64,000 nucleotides of DNA from Ostrea edulis. Taxonomy: Eukaryota. The stretch covers positions 15,810,001 to 15,874,000 of the forward strand of contig NC_079170.1 in the NCBI RefSeq assembly GCF_947568905.1. Direction: 5' to 3'. Every line of letters begins with the position of its first letter. The stretch's first letter is position 1. Under the pieces are notes generated by a model that saw only the letters and a program-made list of their open reading frames with translations, was not told the origin of the DNA and made no database searches. The translations under genes were made by a program, and so were the position numbers. Below, one piece after another: positions 11,820 to 22,998 of the stretch.

Positions 11820-14800
11820 TCAGCTACAACCATTATCGTTTTGTATTAATAAATATTCTTTTCCCAATGCATAGTATTTATCACTTCCTGCACTACCTGT
11901 TGGCGAAGTTTTCGTCCGGTCCTTTGACTTTATAGAAGAACTCTCTGCATGAAATAAAAATGAATCTAAAGAAGGATTTCCTGAATGGATGATAACGAAT
12001 TTCCCAAATGAGCTGCCACTTTGAAGTTCGCTCTCCTTTCTCTCGAGTTTACAGCTGTATGCTAGGACATCGCTGGACAAAAACACACTTACATCCATGC
12101 CCATACTCTTCCTCTCTTCCAATCCACCTAGGTGGTGGTAAATGTTTTCTCATGATCTAGAACTCGATGAACTATCATCTTTGTAAGAAGGAACTTGAAT
12201 AGCTTTATTCATCACCTAGTGAGAGAAGAAAAATCACAAAATTCAAATCAATGAAATATTTTTCTCGTTTGGATTACGACCAATTAATGAAAATGAACAG
12301 TGATTAATCTCATAAATATCATGGCAATCTAACATCAAGGACATGCCCAATGCACATTTCCTATACATGATACAGGTGAGATCGAGTGACTAGGAGGAAT
12401 AAGCACCCCGTTTTGACCGGTCACACCCGTCGTGAGTCCTGTATCTTGATTATGTAAATGGAGTCAGCCGTATTCAAATCGACACAGAAAGAATGTAGAC
12501 TACATTTGACTTTATGACATGGAGTATTATTATACCACAGTATGAGAATTCCACGCAACGCGTAATGTGATTAGTCTAGACGGTCACGTGCCAGGGATGA
12601 CAACACTTCATATCTCCCTCTCAAACATCATATCTCCCTATCATATTTAGCCCTTGGGCAGACTCGTGCAATTTCCATAAATTTAACGTCAAGGTAGACG
12701 AAGTCTATTGTGACGTCACAATAAGTCATTCTACTTTCACAGTTCGTAAGGCAGAAAATATGTGGGTCTCTAATACACAGTTGAATCGTATGGTTTTGGT
12801 TGATACAAAAACAAGCAAGTAAATTAGCATTTAAGGAGAATGGAAATACAAAAACTGGTTATCATATCACTGTATTTCGTATGATTTTTCTTGGGTGAAT
12901 AAATCTTCATATCTCCCTCACTATCATGCAATAAATGTATAATAGCAAATAAGATGGTTTTAACAACCGTAGCCTTTACAAAGTGTTGCCTGTAAACAAG
13001 ATAGACAAGACTTGTCCATGTCTTCGCTTTTAAAGATCACCATAAAAACATTTCTTTTAAAATCTATGACTCGGAATAATGTACTCTAAAATTATCTTCG
13101 ATACCAGCATATTCTGCCTCTAATGGATTGATGATGACTCTGCCCTCAGGTAAACCACTTCTCTCTTGGTGACTAGGCTGATAGGATACTGGTGACGGGA
13201 ATCGATTGCTAAACAAATAAAATCATTGATACTATTTGATAATTTTAAATGTAATCACTGAGTCAAAACATCATGTTTCTAGATAGCGCAGATTTCATGG
13301 AAGTTTTCTAAATCTAAATTTTTCCTAATTTATTGAAACGCTGAACAGTTGTGTTGTATGTACATAAAAATGAAGCCACGGACTATGGAAATTAAACTAA
13401 AATGGGAAAATGGAGGTTGTGAAACAACAAAAATGAAATAATTCCACAAGATACATATAACTTTTTTATATGACGATCAGTTTTCTGTGTATATGGGAAG
13501 AGAAATGATATATGTACTAAACTAGTAGGAAACAGTTTAATTGGTGAAGCAAAATATAAGAGAATCATGAATCTCTTGTAAAATATCAGAGAATCATGAA
13601 TCTCTTGTAACAAGTGCATATATATTTTCAAATGAGGGAATGCCTTAGAGGACAGGACATACTCTTTGTGCCGATTCAGGAGGTTGTAAATCACACGTAG
13701 GATTCCAATTCCAAAGAGACACCCGACAACGAAGCAGGTCACAATTAGGACAGCAATTATACCTGGACCTTGGATTAAATAAAAGGAAAGTTCTTACAAA
13801 CGCTAAATGGTTATCAAATATATCAGAATGATTTTGATATGAAATTGGAATGTAATAACTTACCAAGACATTCATTTTCATTCTCGTTGTTGTGTTCGAA
13901 TATATCGAGACGGTCTGTATTCTTGCCCTGCGTCCAACATTCAATGATTATGTTTTCGATTATGCACTTTTCAATACCACATAGACTGTCTGTCATCTGC
14001 GTTGATTTCGTTTCATTATAGTGAAAATTGATTTTGTATTCAACACAATGAGATTGCTCAAATAGATCATCATTGAATACATATATTGCTTTGCATGACA
14101 CCGAACATGTATTGTTACCTGAAAAAAAAATATATCGTGTTGATGTCATTGTTTTCTTTCATCAAAAAGTGGCAAATAATGAAAGAAATCGTTATGAAAT
14201 GATCCTACCTTTGTGTCTATTTGATATATCCGGTAGAGGACAGTTTTGGTCGGGCATCGTTGCATGCACTTGTAAAGCTTGTTCCAAACATATTTTTCTG
14301 AAGTTTTACAAAACATATTGGTACCGTATAAGTTTTACATTGAAAAGAAACGTATGAGGTGAAAACAAATGTGTATGTATCTAATATGATCGTATTAAAC
14401 AAGAATTAGAATCTTATATATCGTTTAAACACACCTTTCATTTTGGGGAAAGCACAGGACTTTCTTAGGAATATCCATCGTGAAGCACAGAATAACACCT
14501 GCGTTGTATTGAAATAATGTTTGGATGAAATAAAGATGAAATGAATTCTGATAAAAAATAAAGATGTAAAAGATTGAATCATAATCAATAGATCCCATAA
14601 CGGATTTATGCTACAGAAAATAGTTTTTTGTTTGTAAATCAGGATTTAGGTTATGAAAGGCCTGGTTTAAAACCAGAATTTCACAAATATAACAGGTCAT
14701 TAAGTCGAATGCTCTCTGACGTGTTTCATACCAATTGTTAGACGGATCTTTACATACAGAGTTTTACTACGAATTACTCAGTTTATCTGATAAGATATAG

Positions 14801-15366
14801 GGCATATAACATTTATGACCGTTGAACAGACAATATTTACTCCCCCTAGACATCTGCTCCCAATTCTGGTGTTTCCAGGGGCCCGTGTTTACCAACTCAT
14901 AATTTTATATCATTTATTGGATTCAATATAACAAACAGTGAGGAATCACACAATTCTATATTACACTGCATCATATCACTTTGTGAATCATCTCAGATCA
15001 CTAAATAAAGTTAGTAGTGTTATCCACTGAAACGCAGAATTCATGGCTCTGAGGGACATCTTCAGATTGATTCATTCATGACTTTGCAATCAATATGATT
15101 GTGTCCATATTTATACACTTAGCTATACTTAGTTGTATAAGGTATCTCATCATGTTATTTCATAATCCTCCCTTAAAAGCCAACCACCCACTGTCGGTTG
15201 TGCTTGATCAGAATTATAATGCTCTCACTGTGCGAGCAATACAAATCTATAATCGTTAGAAGCTATTGCGTGAATAGAAAGATTCATTTTCAACTTTTAA
15301 ACTTCCACACGTTATTTCTAATTAGTGACAATTGTACTTACATAAACATCGCCTTAGATCTGTCAT
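11820..15366 (-). CDS. Gene B1: family member with a premature stop in the last exon (242 aa truncated; 352 aa if read through)
   Basis: Exons: 15366-15342, 14498-14435, 14297-14209, 14118-13864, 13768-13663, 13208-13085, 12215-11820. Phases match A1. MTDLRRCLCVILCFTMDIPKKVLCFPQNERKICLEQALQVH...NCP...TCSVSC...HCVEY...LCGIEKC...ECW...NECLGPGIIAVLIVTCFVVGCLFGIGILR...EYAGIEDNFRVMNKAIQVPS...SRS* with TGA at 12152-12150 (CGA in B3). Confidence 0.8.
14690..14910 (+). mobile_element. Penelope-like 3' fragment in intron 1 of the B genes (copies at about 35515-35735, 40535-40760)
   Basis: GAATGCTCTCTGACGTGTTTCATACCAATTGTTAG...CCAGGGGCCCGTGTTTACCAACTC. Confidence 0.65.
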
Positions 15367-17639
15367 TGTCTCTTTCCAAATATCGCCGCGATTGCTTAAT
15401 TTTTACGATGGGAATTTCTAATAGTAAGGAAAAGGTATCAGCACAGCTTTTTCCACATCAAAAGCCATGGAAAACACTGAAAAAGTTCTTCCTGGTCAAA
15501 CAAGAAATACGCGAGTTTGTGGAATTACCCATGCATGGAGTTAATACTGCGGAAGCAATTAAGAGCAGTTTTCTGTAAGGACCAAAATATTGCGGCACGC
15601 ACTGAAAAATTTTCCACTATAAATGTCGTCATTCAATTGAAATACATAAACTCTTTAAAAAATATTTGTACACCTATTCTGAAAAGTGACTCGTTTCCAT
15701 AGCAACAGGCTATTTAAATAGAAAAAACAGGAAAAATGGAGTTTTGGGAATTTTTCACTTCAATTTATTATATCGCGAATAATTGACAAGGAATTTTATG
15801 CTACATCCTGAGACAAAGTAGTAACAATCTTGATCAGTATGTAAATTTATCTGGAAATTGTATCATTATTGTACCACAGCTCATAATTCAGACTCAAATG
15901 ACCAGTTTTACTGTGTACTTTGACCAACTCCTGAGCAAAAAGCCAGCCATATGGAAGATAATAAAATATAAATTTAAAAAGAAGGTAAATCAGTTATATA
16001 ATGCAGATAAAAAAAATCAATGGGCAAATTACATTTTATAATAGAAATTTGGCATGGAAAATATGAATTTGTTGAATTTGCACATTGAGTTATCTCCCTT
16101 TGCGGAATTTCTAATGTAGGAGATAATAAGTAGTGTTATTGTTAACAGGAGGGAAAGGAAAGAAATGCAGAAAACATGTGTTTTTAGGGTATTTTAAACA
16201 TCTTTGACCATTACTATATATGTACTGGATGTATTCAAGTGTGAAGGAGTTGATAAATACACACTGCATGTAGTGAAGAGGGTTTCCTGAAAAATTAACT
16301 TCATTGAATATGAATTCAAAGCTCAGCTTGTGTCTACATGTGTACATATATGCACCCGATTTACGCTGTTATATGGTTCGTTCTGTATTTTCCCATTTAT
16401 TGACGGACGCTTGCAACCGACATGTTTAATCAACAAACACTGCTACTACGAAAAAAGTGTATTCATGCCAGTTGGAGAACACAGGTTTACGTAAGTACTG
16501 CTTGTAGATACATTGATAATGTAACATTACCTCACAATGACACGATCTGTTTCTCAGTAAATTAGTGATCAAGTAAATGCATGCAAAATTCATGTTATTT
16601 CACTGGACCAGGGTGAAAATATAATAAATATTTTCTAATGGAGATAATGCTTTTGAGACAGAAGGAGGGAGGGGGGTAAAAGACGGGCGAGGGGGTTGTA
16701 TTGTAATCTTAAAATAAGTAATATACCTGACTGGTTTATTTAACATTAACAATGTTAATTTCACCTACTTTTCAATATTTAAGGTTAAGATAAATGTTAT
16801 ATTTATTCTAATAGTGTTCAAAACATTTGTTCATCACGTACGTTAAAAACAGATTGTTCTATTCATGTGAATTATGAAAATGAAACTTTCAGTTTCTCTC
16901 CCCCCCCCCTCTCTCGTGATATAATAACAGTGATGATAATGCTTTTAAAAAAGAAACAATGTCTGTAAATTATTTCAATGACCACATGCCTTATATAGTT
17001 TGTGATGAATTTCATTAAATTTTGACAAATTGTGCGTTTTTCTTCTTCTAGGATTTGTGTTGGAAAATGGAGATTCTAGAGAATTTATCGAATTCAAGTG
17101 ACAACAATAATAAGGTACATGTACATGTATATGCTATTGTATTACTTGAAATGTGCACCTGTATAATATGTGTACAGTTGTTCCATTGACAATGCATATC
17201 TATATAAATAATAAACTATCCCTTCTCATAATTATTTACCATAGACCCAAATTTCAAAATAATTTGCTCAAGGTCACAGATAACAGAGAATAGAATCATT
17301 TGTTGCTGCATCACTTTTTGAATTAGTTAATGTCAAGGTTTCAAAATATTTAGAGTTGTAGCTTTGTATCAGAGAGGCATGAATCAATACACTAAATGCA
17401 CAAACATGTACTTACAGGGGGACCAGAAAGTGTGCATGAACCATAAACTGAGGTCACTTGCAGATATCATTAAAAGATGTGGTCTATATTGACTTTTTTA
17501 AGTGTATGATACCATAACATCACACATACTGCGGGGTGATATGGGGGGGGGGGGGGGGCGTATGTAATCCAAGACCGTCAGATGTTCGAGGTTAATATTG
17601 GTTGGTTATGGTTGTTTGTTTTACATTCTATTAAAAGAA

Positions 17640-17830
17640 CTTTCATTATATTGAGATATCACTAGCTGTAGGTGAAGTACCACAAAATTAGACCTATACT
17701 TAGCCCTCAGGGCCGTAGAAATGAGGGTTCTTTAACGTGCCACCGTCTGCCGTGACACGGGACCTCCGTTTTAAAGGTAATATCCAAAAGACCTGTGATT
17801 CTCACTTTTGAATACCAAGCGTTTGACAAA
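17640..17830 (-). mobile_element. SINE fragment nested in the TTAA element
   Basis: CCACAAAATTAGACCTATACT...GTGCCACCGTCTGCCGTGACACGGGACCTCCGTTTT matches the reverse complement of 6090-6232. Confidence 0.55.
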
Positions 17831-18084
17831 TAAGCAATCATTGTTAATTGGAGAAAAATCCTGCATTCAAACATTTTCTCAGTAATGCTTGATGTATATA
17901 CATGTACATGTGACTTTTATTTGGTTTACAACAATTTTCAGATGCTCTGGACTACCCCCCCCCCCCCCAAAGAAAAAAACTTCATTGTATAAATCTTAAT
18001 CTTAGCCTGAGATTGCACAACATATCTTTGAAAATTAAAGAAACGAAGGGATTAGTAGAAATTAAATGATTTTTGTTGTTGGTT

Positions 18085-18325
18085 GGTTGATTGATATTGT
18101 CTAACGTTTTCCACTTACACGAAGACGTCATCATCGGCAGTGGAAAGATTGCAAAATTTAGGTCAATGCGCGGCGGTTGGGCCTTTGAGTACACGTAGGA
18201 ATGGATCTTTATTGTGTCACACCTGCTGCGACAAGGGGCCTTGGGTTTTGCGGTCTCATCCGAAGGAACACCCCCATTTAATCGCCTTTTACGACAAGCA
18301 AGGGGTATTGAGGTCAATTTTCTAC
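18085..18325 (-). mobile_element. Near-complete mollusc SINE (Meta/MESC-type) nested in the TTAA element
   Basis: The reverse complement matches 46045-46290: ...CCCCTTGCTTGTCGTAAAAGGCGA...TTCGGATGAGACCGCAAAACCC..., with an AACC/AATC-type tail. Confidence 0.7.
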
Positions 18326-21108
18326 CATTTTTGATAAGGTGAAATTAACAAAATGACGCAAATTTTAAGGGTTTTTGGTAACAAATTTAAGTTTTCCCAG
18401 TAAAAGTCATGCCCCTTAAATCTGCCACTGCATACACTACCCACCATAAATAATTATACACATAAGCTTTTTACACATTTTGGAATGAAATATATTCACT
18501 ATAATGAAAAGGAGCTGAATCCACTATGTATATCTTTTAATTTATCTCAGTAAAATAATCATTTATTATATGTGAACAATATTGGACATTCAATATTTTT
18601 GGCTTAGTCTGTTAAATTGTGATATTTATTTACTTTCGGTGAAAAATCAAAAGATCTTATAAAAGTACACATTAAATACACAATAATACGTATAAGAAAT
18701 TAGTTTGAATTTTTTTCAAGATAAAGGTTAACATAATATCTCTTTTTCGAAAATTCAGAAAATGGAGTATTTTGATTGAAAATAAGGATTTAAAAAGTTA
18801 AAAGACCAATAGAAATCTGTATCTATGATGTAACCCATATATTGTATGCGCAAGTAACTTGTTTTGTTGAGTGTATACTTATTTATGGTGGGCAGTGTAG
18901 GGATACTGGAACAATTGCACATGTACTGGAAAATGAATTTTTATTAATATTTTTACATGTATCAGATATAAATTTCTAGTAGAAAACTTATCAAGAATTG
19001 GAATATATTGTATGCATATGTGTAAGTATGTGATATTTGTGTGCAATGGAGATATTCATTCTACAGGCAGTTTTTATGTGATTTAGGTTATACGTTACAT
19101 CAGCTAATGTCGACTAGCCAGACATACATAACCAGGATGCACAGTCAGAAGGAATCCAGAGTATTCAGATTTGTCAATTCATTTTGGATTAACCCCAGTT
19201 TAATGATTTTAAAGTTTTTTTTTTCAACTTTTGTCAGTGCACAGCAATGCTTTACAGTAGGAACTTTCAATATCTGATCATTGAGCAGAAGACACAAAGT
19301 GAAATCTTACAAACATGTACTTAAGTACTGTGTTTCCTACTATGTAAGATTGATCTATCTTGTTTATTTAATTATGATTCAATTTCAAGGCGAAATTTAC
19401 TGTCATTTTTCGTAAGCAATACTAGGAAATATTGACAATTTTAGGTATGAATTTTAGCTGATCTTTGCTAGGAAAGCTATGATATATAGAAAAAACATTT
19501 ATGTAATGTCTAAGAAAATTTCCTTTTTGTTAAATTATCCTATTTATACATGTGCCTACTGTAACCTTGACCTTTGGCATAGACGACCGTAAAAAAATAA
19601 TTTTATTTCTTCTGAAAACATGTTCCCTTTGATCAAGATGCAATCAGTAATAAGAAAGTTACGATTATCTTTTTAAAAAAAATGTTAGTTTCGCAGAGGA
19701 AATTCAGACTTGATTCTTGAATGCATTTGTAATTTATTTTGGTCATTTTTTTTGTTATTTTTGTTGTTGTTATTTAATTCAAATTTTGGGAAACAAATAG
19801 AGATAATGAAATATGGTGAAAAATTGCTATCATTTAAGATGGCATGGGAAGTTTGTAGTCAGCTGAAAATTGCTACAAGGCTGTGTTATATATTTGACAG
19901 AAGAAATTCGGATTAAGTTCTTAAATTGTAAAGCTGTATGATAATTGTAGGTCAATATTTGCTTTGAAAAAAAAGTGGATGTAAAGCTATAAAACTGAAG
20001 TCTAATATTCAATGCTAAAAGAAAACACAGCAAATATGCACCACTATCTTTATGTTCCTGCACTCCGTGTTAAATCTAATAGTTAAAAGAATGCATCTTT
20101 AAAATTGATTTTGTTGAAAGGGTTGCTATGGCAACTATTTTTTTTTTCAATTGATATATTGATACCTGCAATTCTGAATTAAATCTTATTTTGAAGTTGA
20201 ATTTGAATATTCTAATTGTTGAAACTGGTTGGTTTATCAATTCAATATTAGACATAATTCTACCGTTTTTTCAAGAGTTTTGTTGCCATAACAACCGTTT
20301 TATCAATTATATTTCGATCTCTTTATGTCAATTTTACTGTTGAAAAATAAGTAATCAATCAGTTTGATAAGATAGTGTCGTGATTATATGCATAATAAAA
20401 ATGTATTCAAACTTTGATAAAGAAGGAAATTTGAAAATTTGAATTTTATGCATTTCTTGTATATTTATAGAATTTTCATATTTGATTTGTCCACTGATTT
20501 TATTCCATAATATGCAATACTGAGGTTAGTTCTATGCAACTATAATATTCATATTGCTGTAAGGTGCTGGCTTGTCCTGTGAATAGGTGGTGAACATAGC
20601 AATTTTCATCAATTTTTGTGCACTTGACAAAAAGCCGTTCAGATGTGTTTCCATGACAACGTTATCTAATTCGTTGTTAACGATAAAATGCAAACTTATG
20701 TGAATTTTCAGCTATTGATATGTTAATTTACCTATACTGATTTCAAAGATAGAGAATAGTTGCTGTTTATTTAGCTATTGGGCTTGTAAAAATGTAAGTT
20801 TTTACAATTATAGCTTTGAATTAGAGTGCCACCAATGGTCAAAATCCACTACCATGGTTTTCATGGCAACCATGCATAACAGTAATAAAATATGTTTGAT
20901 TTCTGTCATTTTGTGGGGAACTTTCTTTAATCTGTAAGTTTTATCAAAATATGAGACAATGTGTGCCGGACCCCTTCAGAATTGTTTATGTCGTTACAGA
21001 GAATTGCTCTTAAAAGCTAAATGTTTCTTTCCAGAGGTTAATGTTACATTATTTTTCTATTTCTATAGTAACCATATTTCCATCTACATCACAGGAGCAT
21101 TTGCAAAC

Positions 21109-22998
21109 GTCAGGAATCCTGTCATTTCTGTTAGATCAAGGGAAGGGATTATTCTCACTGCTGATAGATCACACAGAAGTCAGGAATCCTGCTATTTCTG
21201 TTAGATCAAGGGAAGGGATTATTCTCACTGCTGATAGATCACACAGAAGTCAGGAATCCTGCTATTTCTGTTAGATCAAGGGAAGGGATTATTCTCACTG
21301 CTGATAGATCACACAGAAGTCAGGAATCCTGCTATTTCTGTTAGATCAAGGGAAGGGATTATTCTCACTGCTGATAGATCACACAGAAGTCAGGAATCCT
21401 GCTATTTCTGTTAGATCAAGGGAAGGGATTATTCTCACTGCTGATAGATCACACAGAAGTCAGGAATCCTGCTATTTCTGTTAGATCAAGGGAAGGGAGT
21501 ATTCTCACTGCTGATAGATCACACAGAAGTCAGGAATCCTGCTATTTCTGTTAGATCAAGGGAAGGGATTATTCTCACTGCTGATAGATCACACAGAAGT
21601 CAGGAATCCTGCTATTTCTGTTAGATCAAGGGAAGGGATTATTCTCACTGCTGATAGATCACACAGAAGTCAGGAATCCTGCTATTTCTGTTAGATCAAG
21701 GGAAGGGAGTATTCTCACCGCTGATAGATCACACAGAAGTCAGGAATCCTGCTATTTCTGTTAGATCAAGGGAAGGGATTATTCTCACTGCTGATAGATC
21801 ACACAGAAGTCAGGAATCCTGCTATTTCTGTTAGATCAAGGGAAGGGATTATTCTCACTGCTGATAGATCAAACAAAAGTCAGGAATACTGCTATTTCTG
21901 TTAGATCAAGGGAAGGGATTATTCTCACTGCTGATAGATCAAACAAAAGTCAGGAATCCTGCTATTTCTGTTAGATCAAGGGAAGGGATTATTCTCACTG
22001 CTGATAGATCACACAGAAGTCAGGAATCCTGCTATTTCTGTTAGATCAAGGGAAGGGATTATTCTCACTGCTGATAGATCACACAGAAGTCAGGAATCCT
22101 GCTATTTCTGTTAGATCAAGGGAATGGATTATTCTCACTGCTGATAGATCAAACAAAAGTCAGGAATCCTGCTATTTCTGTTAGATCAAGGGAAGGGATT
22201 ATTCTCACTGCTGATAGATCACACAGAAGTCAGGAATCCTGCTATTTCTGTTAGATCAAGGGAAGGGAGTATTCTCACCGCTGATAGATCACACAGAAGT
22301 CAGGAATCCTGCTATTTCTGTTAGATCAAGGGAAGGGATTATTCTCACTGCTGATAGATCACACAGAAGTCAGGAATCCTGCTATTTCTGTTAGATCAAG
22401 GGAAGGGAGTATTCTCACTGCTGATAGATCACACAGAAGTCAGGAATACTGCTATTTCTGTTAGATCAAGGGAAGGGAGTATTCTCACTGCTGATAGATC
22501 ACACAGAAGTCAGGAATCCTGCTATTTCTGTTAGATCAAGGGAAGGGATTATTCTCACCGCTGATAGATCACACAGAAGTCAGGAATCCTGCTATTTCTG
22601 TTAGATCAAGGGAAGGGATTATTCTCACTGCTGATAGATCACACAGAAGTCAGGAATCCTGCTATTTCTGTTAGATCAAGGGAAGGGATTATTCTCACCG
22701 CTGATAGATCACACAGAAGTCAGGAATCCTGCTATTTCTGTTAGATCAAGGGAAGGGAGTATTCTCACTGCTGATAGATCACACAGAAGTCAGGAATACT
22801 GCTATTTCTGTTAGATCAAGGGAAGGGATTATTCTCACTGCTGATAGATCACACAGAAGTCAGGAATCCTGCTATTTCTGTTAGATCAAGGGAAGGGATT
22901 ATTCTCACCGCTGATAGATCACACAGAAGTCAGGAATCCTGCTATTTCTGTTAGATCAAGGGAAGGGATTATTCTCACTGCTGATAGATCACACAAAA
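21109..22998. repeat. 70-bp minisatellite, 27 tandem units
   Basis: Unit CAGGAATCCTGCTATTTCTGTTAGATCAAGGGAAGGGATTATTCTCACTGCTGATAGATCACACAGAAGT starts at 21111, 21181 ... 22931 (period 70). There are a few recurrent point variants and no spacers. Confidence 0.97.

Larger units (their letters stand above)
3494..13830. repeat. Segmental duplication, copy 1 (about 10.3 kb; near-identical to 24712-34660)
   Basis: Colinear identity from ATGGTATCCTCTATTTG onward. The offset is 21216 at the left end and 20842 at the right. Differences are scattered SNPs, microsatellite lengths and an indel of about 350 bp (7897-8247 absent in copy 2). Confidence 0.95.
15563..21009. mobile_element. 5447-bp non-autonomous DNA transposon with TTAA target-site duplication (Kolobok-like)
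   Basis: TTAA at 15559-15562 and 21010-21013. The termini GAGCAGTTTTCTGTAAGGA and (reverse complement) GAGCAATTCTCTGTAACGA are imperfect inverted repeats. The empty site GCAATTAAAAGTTAAATG is intact at 9119-9136, 29966-29983 and 36383-36400. TTAA plus 5'-RR termini fit Kolobok better than piggyBac. No transposase ORF was seen. Confidence 0.8.

Noticed and set aside
21109-22998. CRISPR array
   Set aside because: The 70-bp units are contiguous with no unique spacers, there are no cas genes, and the context is eukaryotic.
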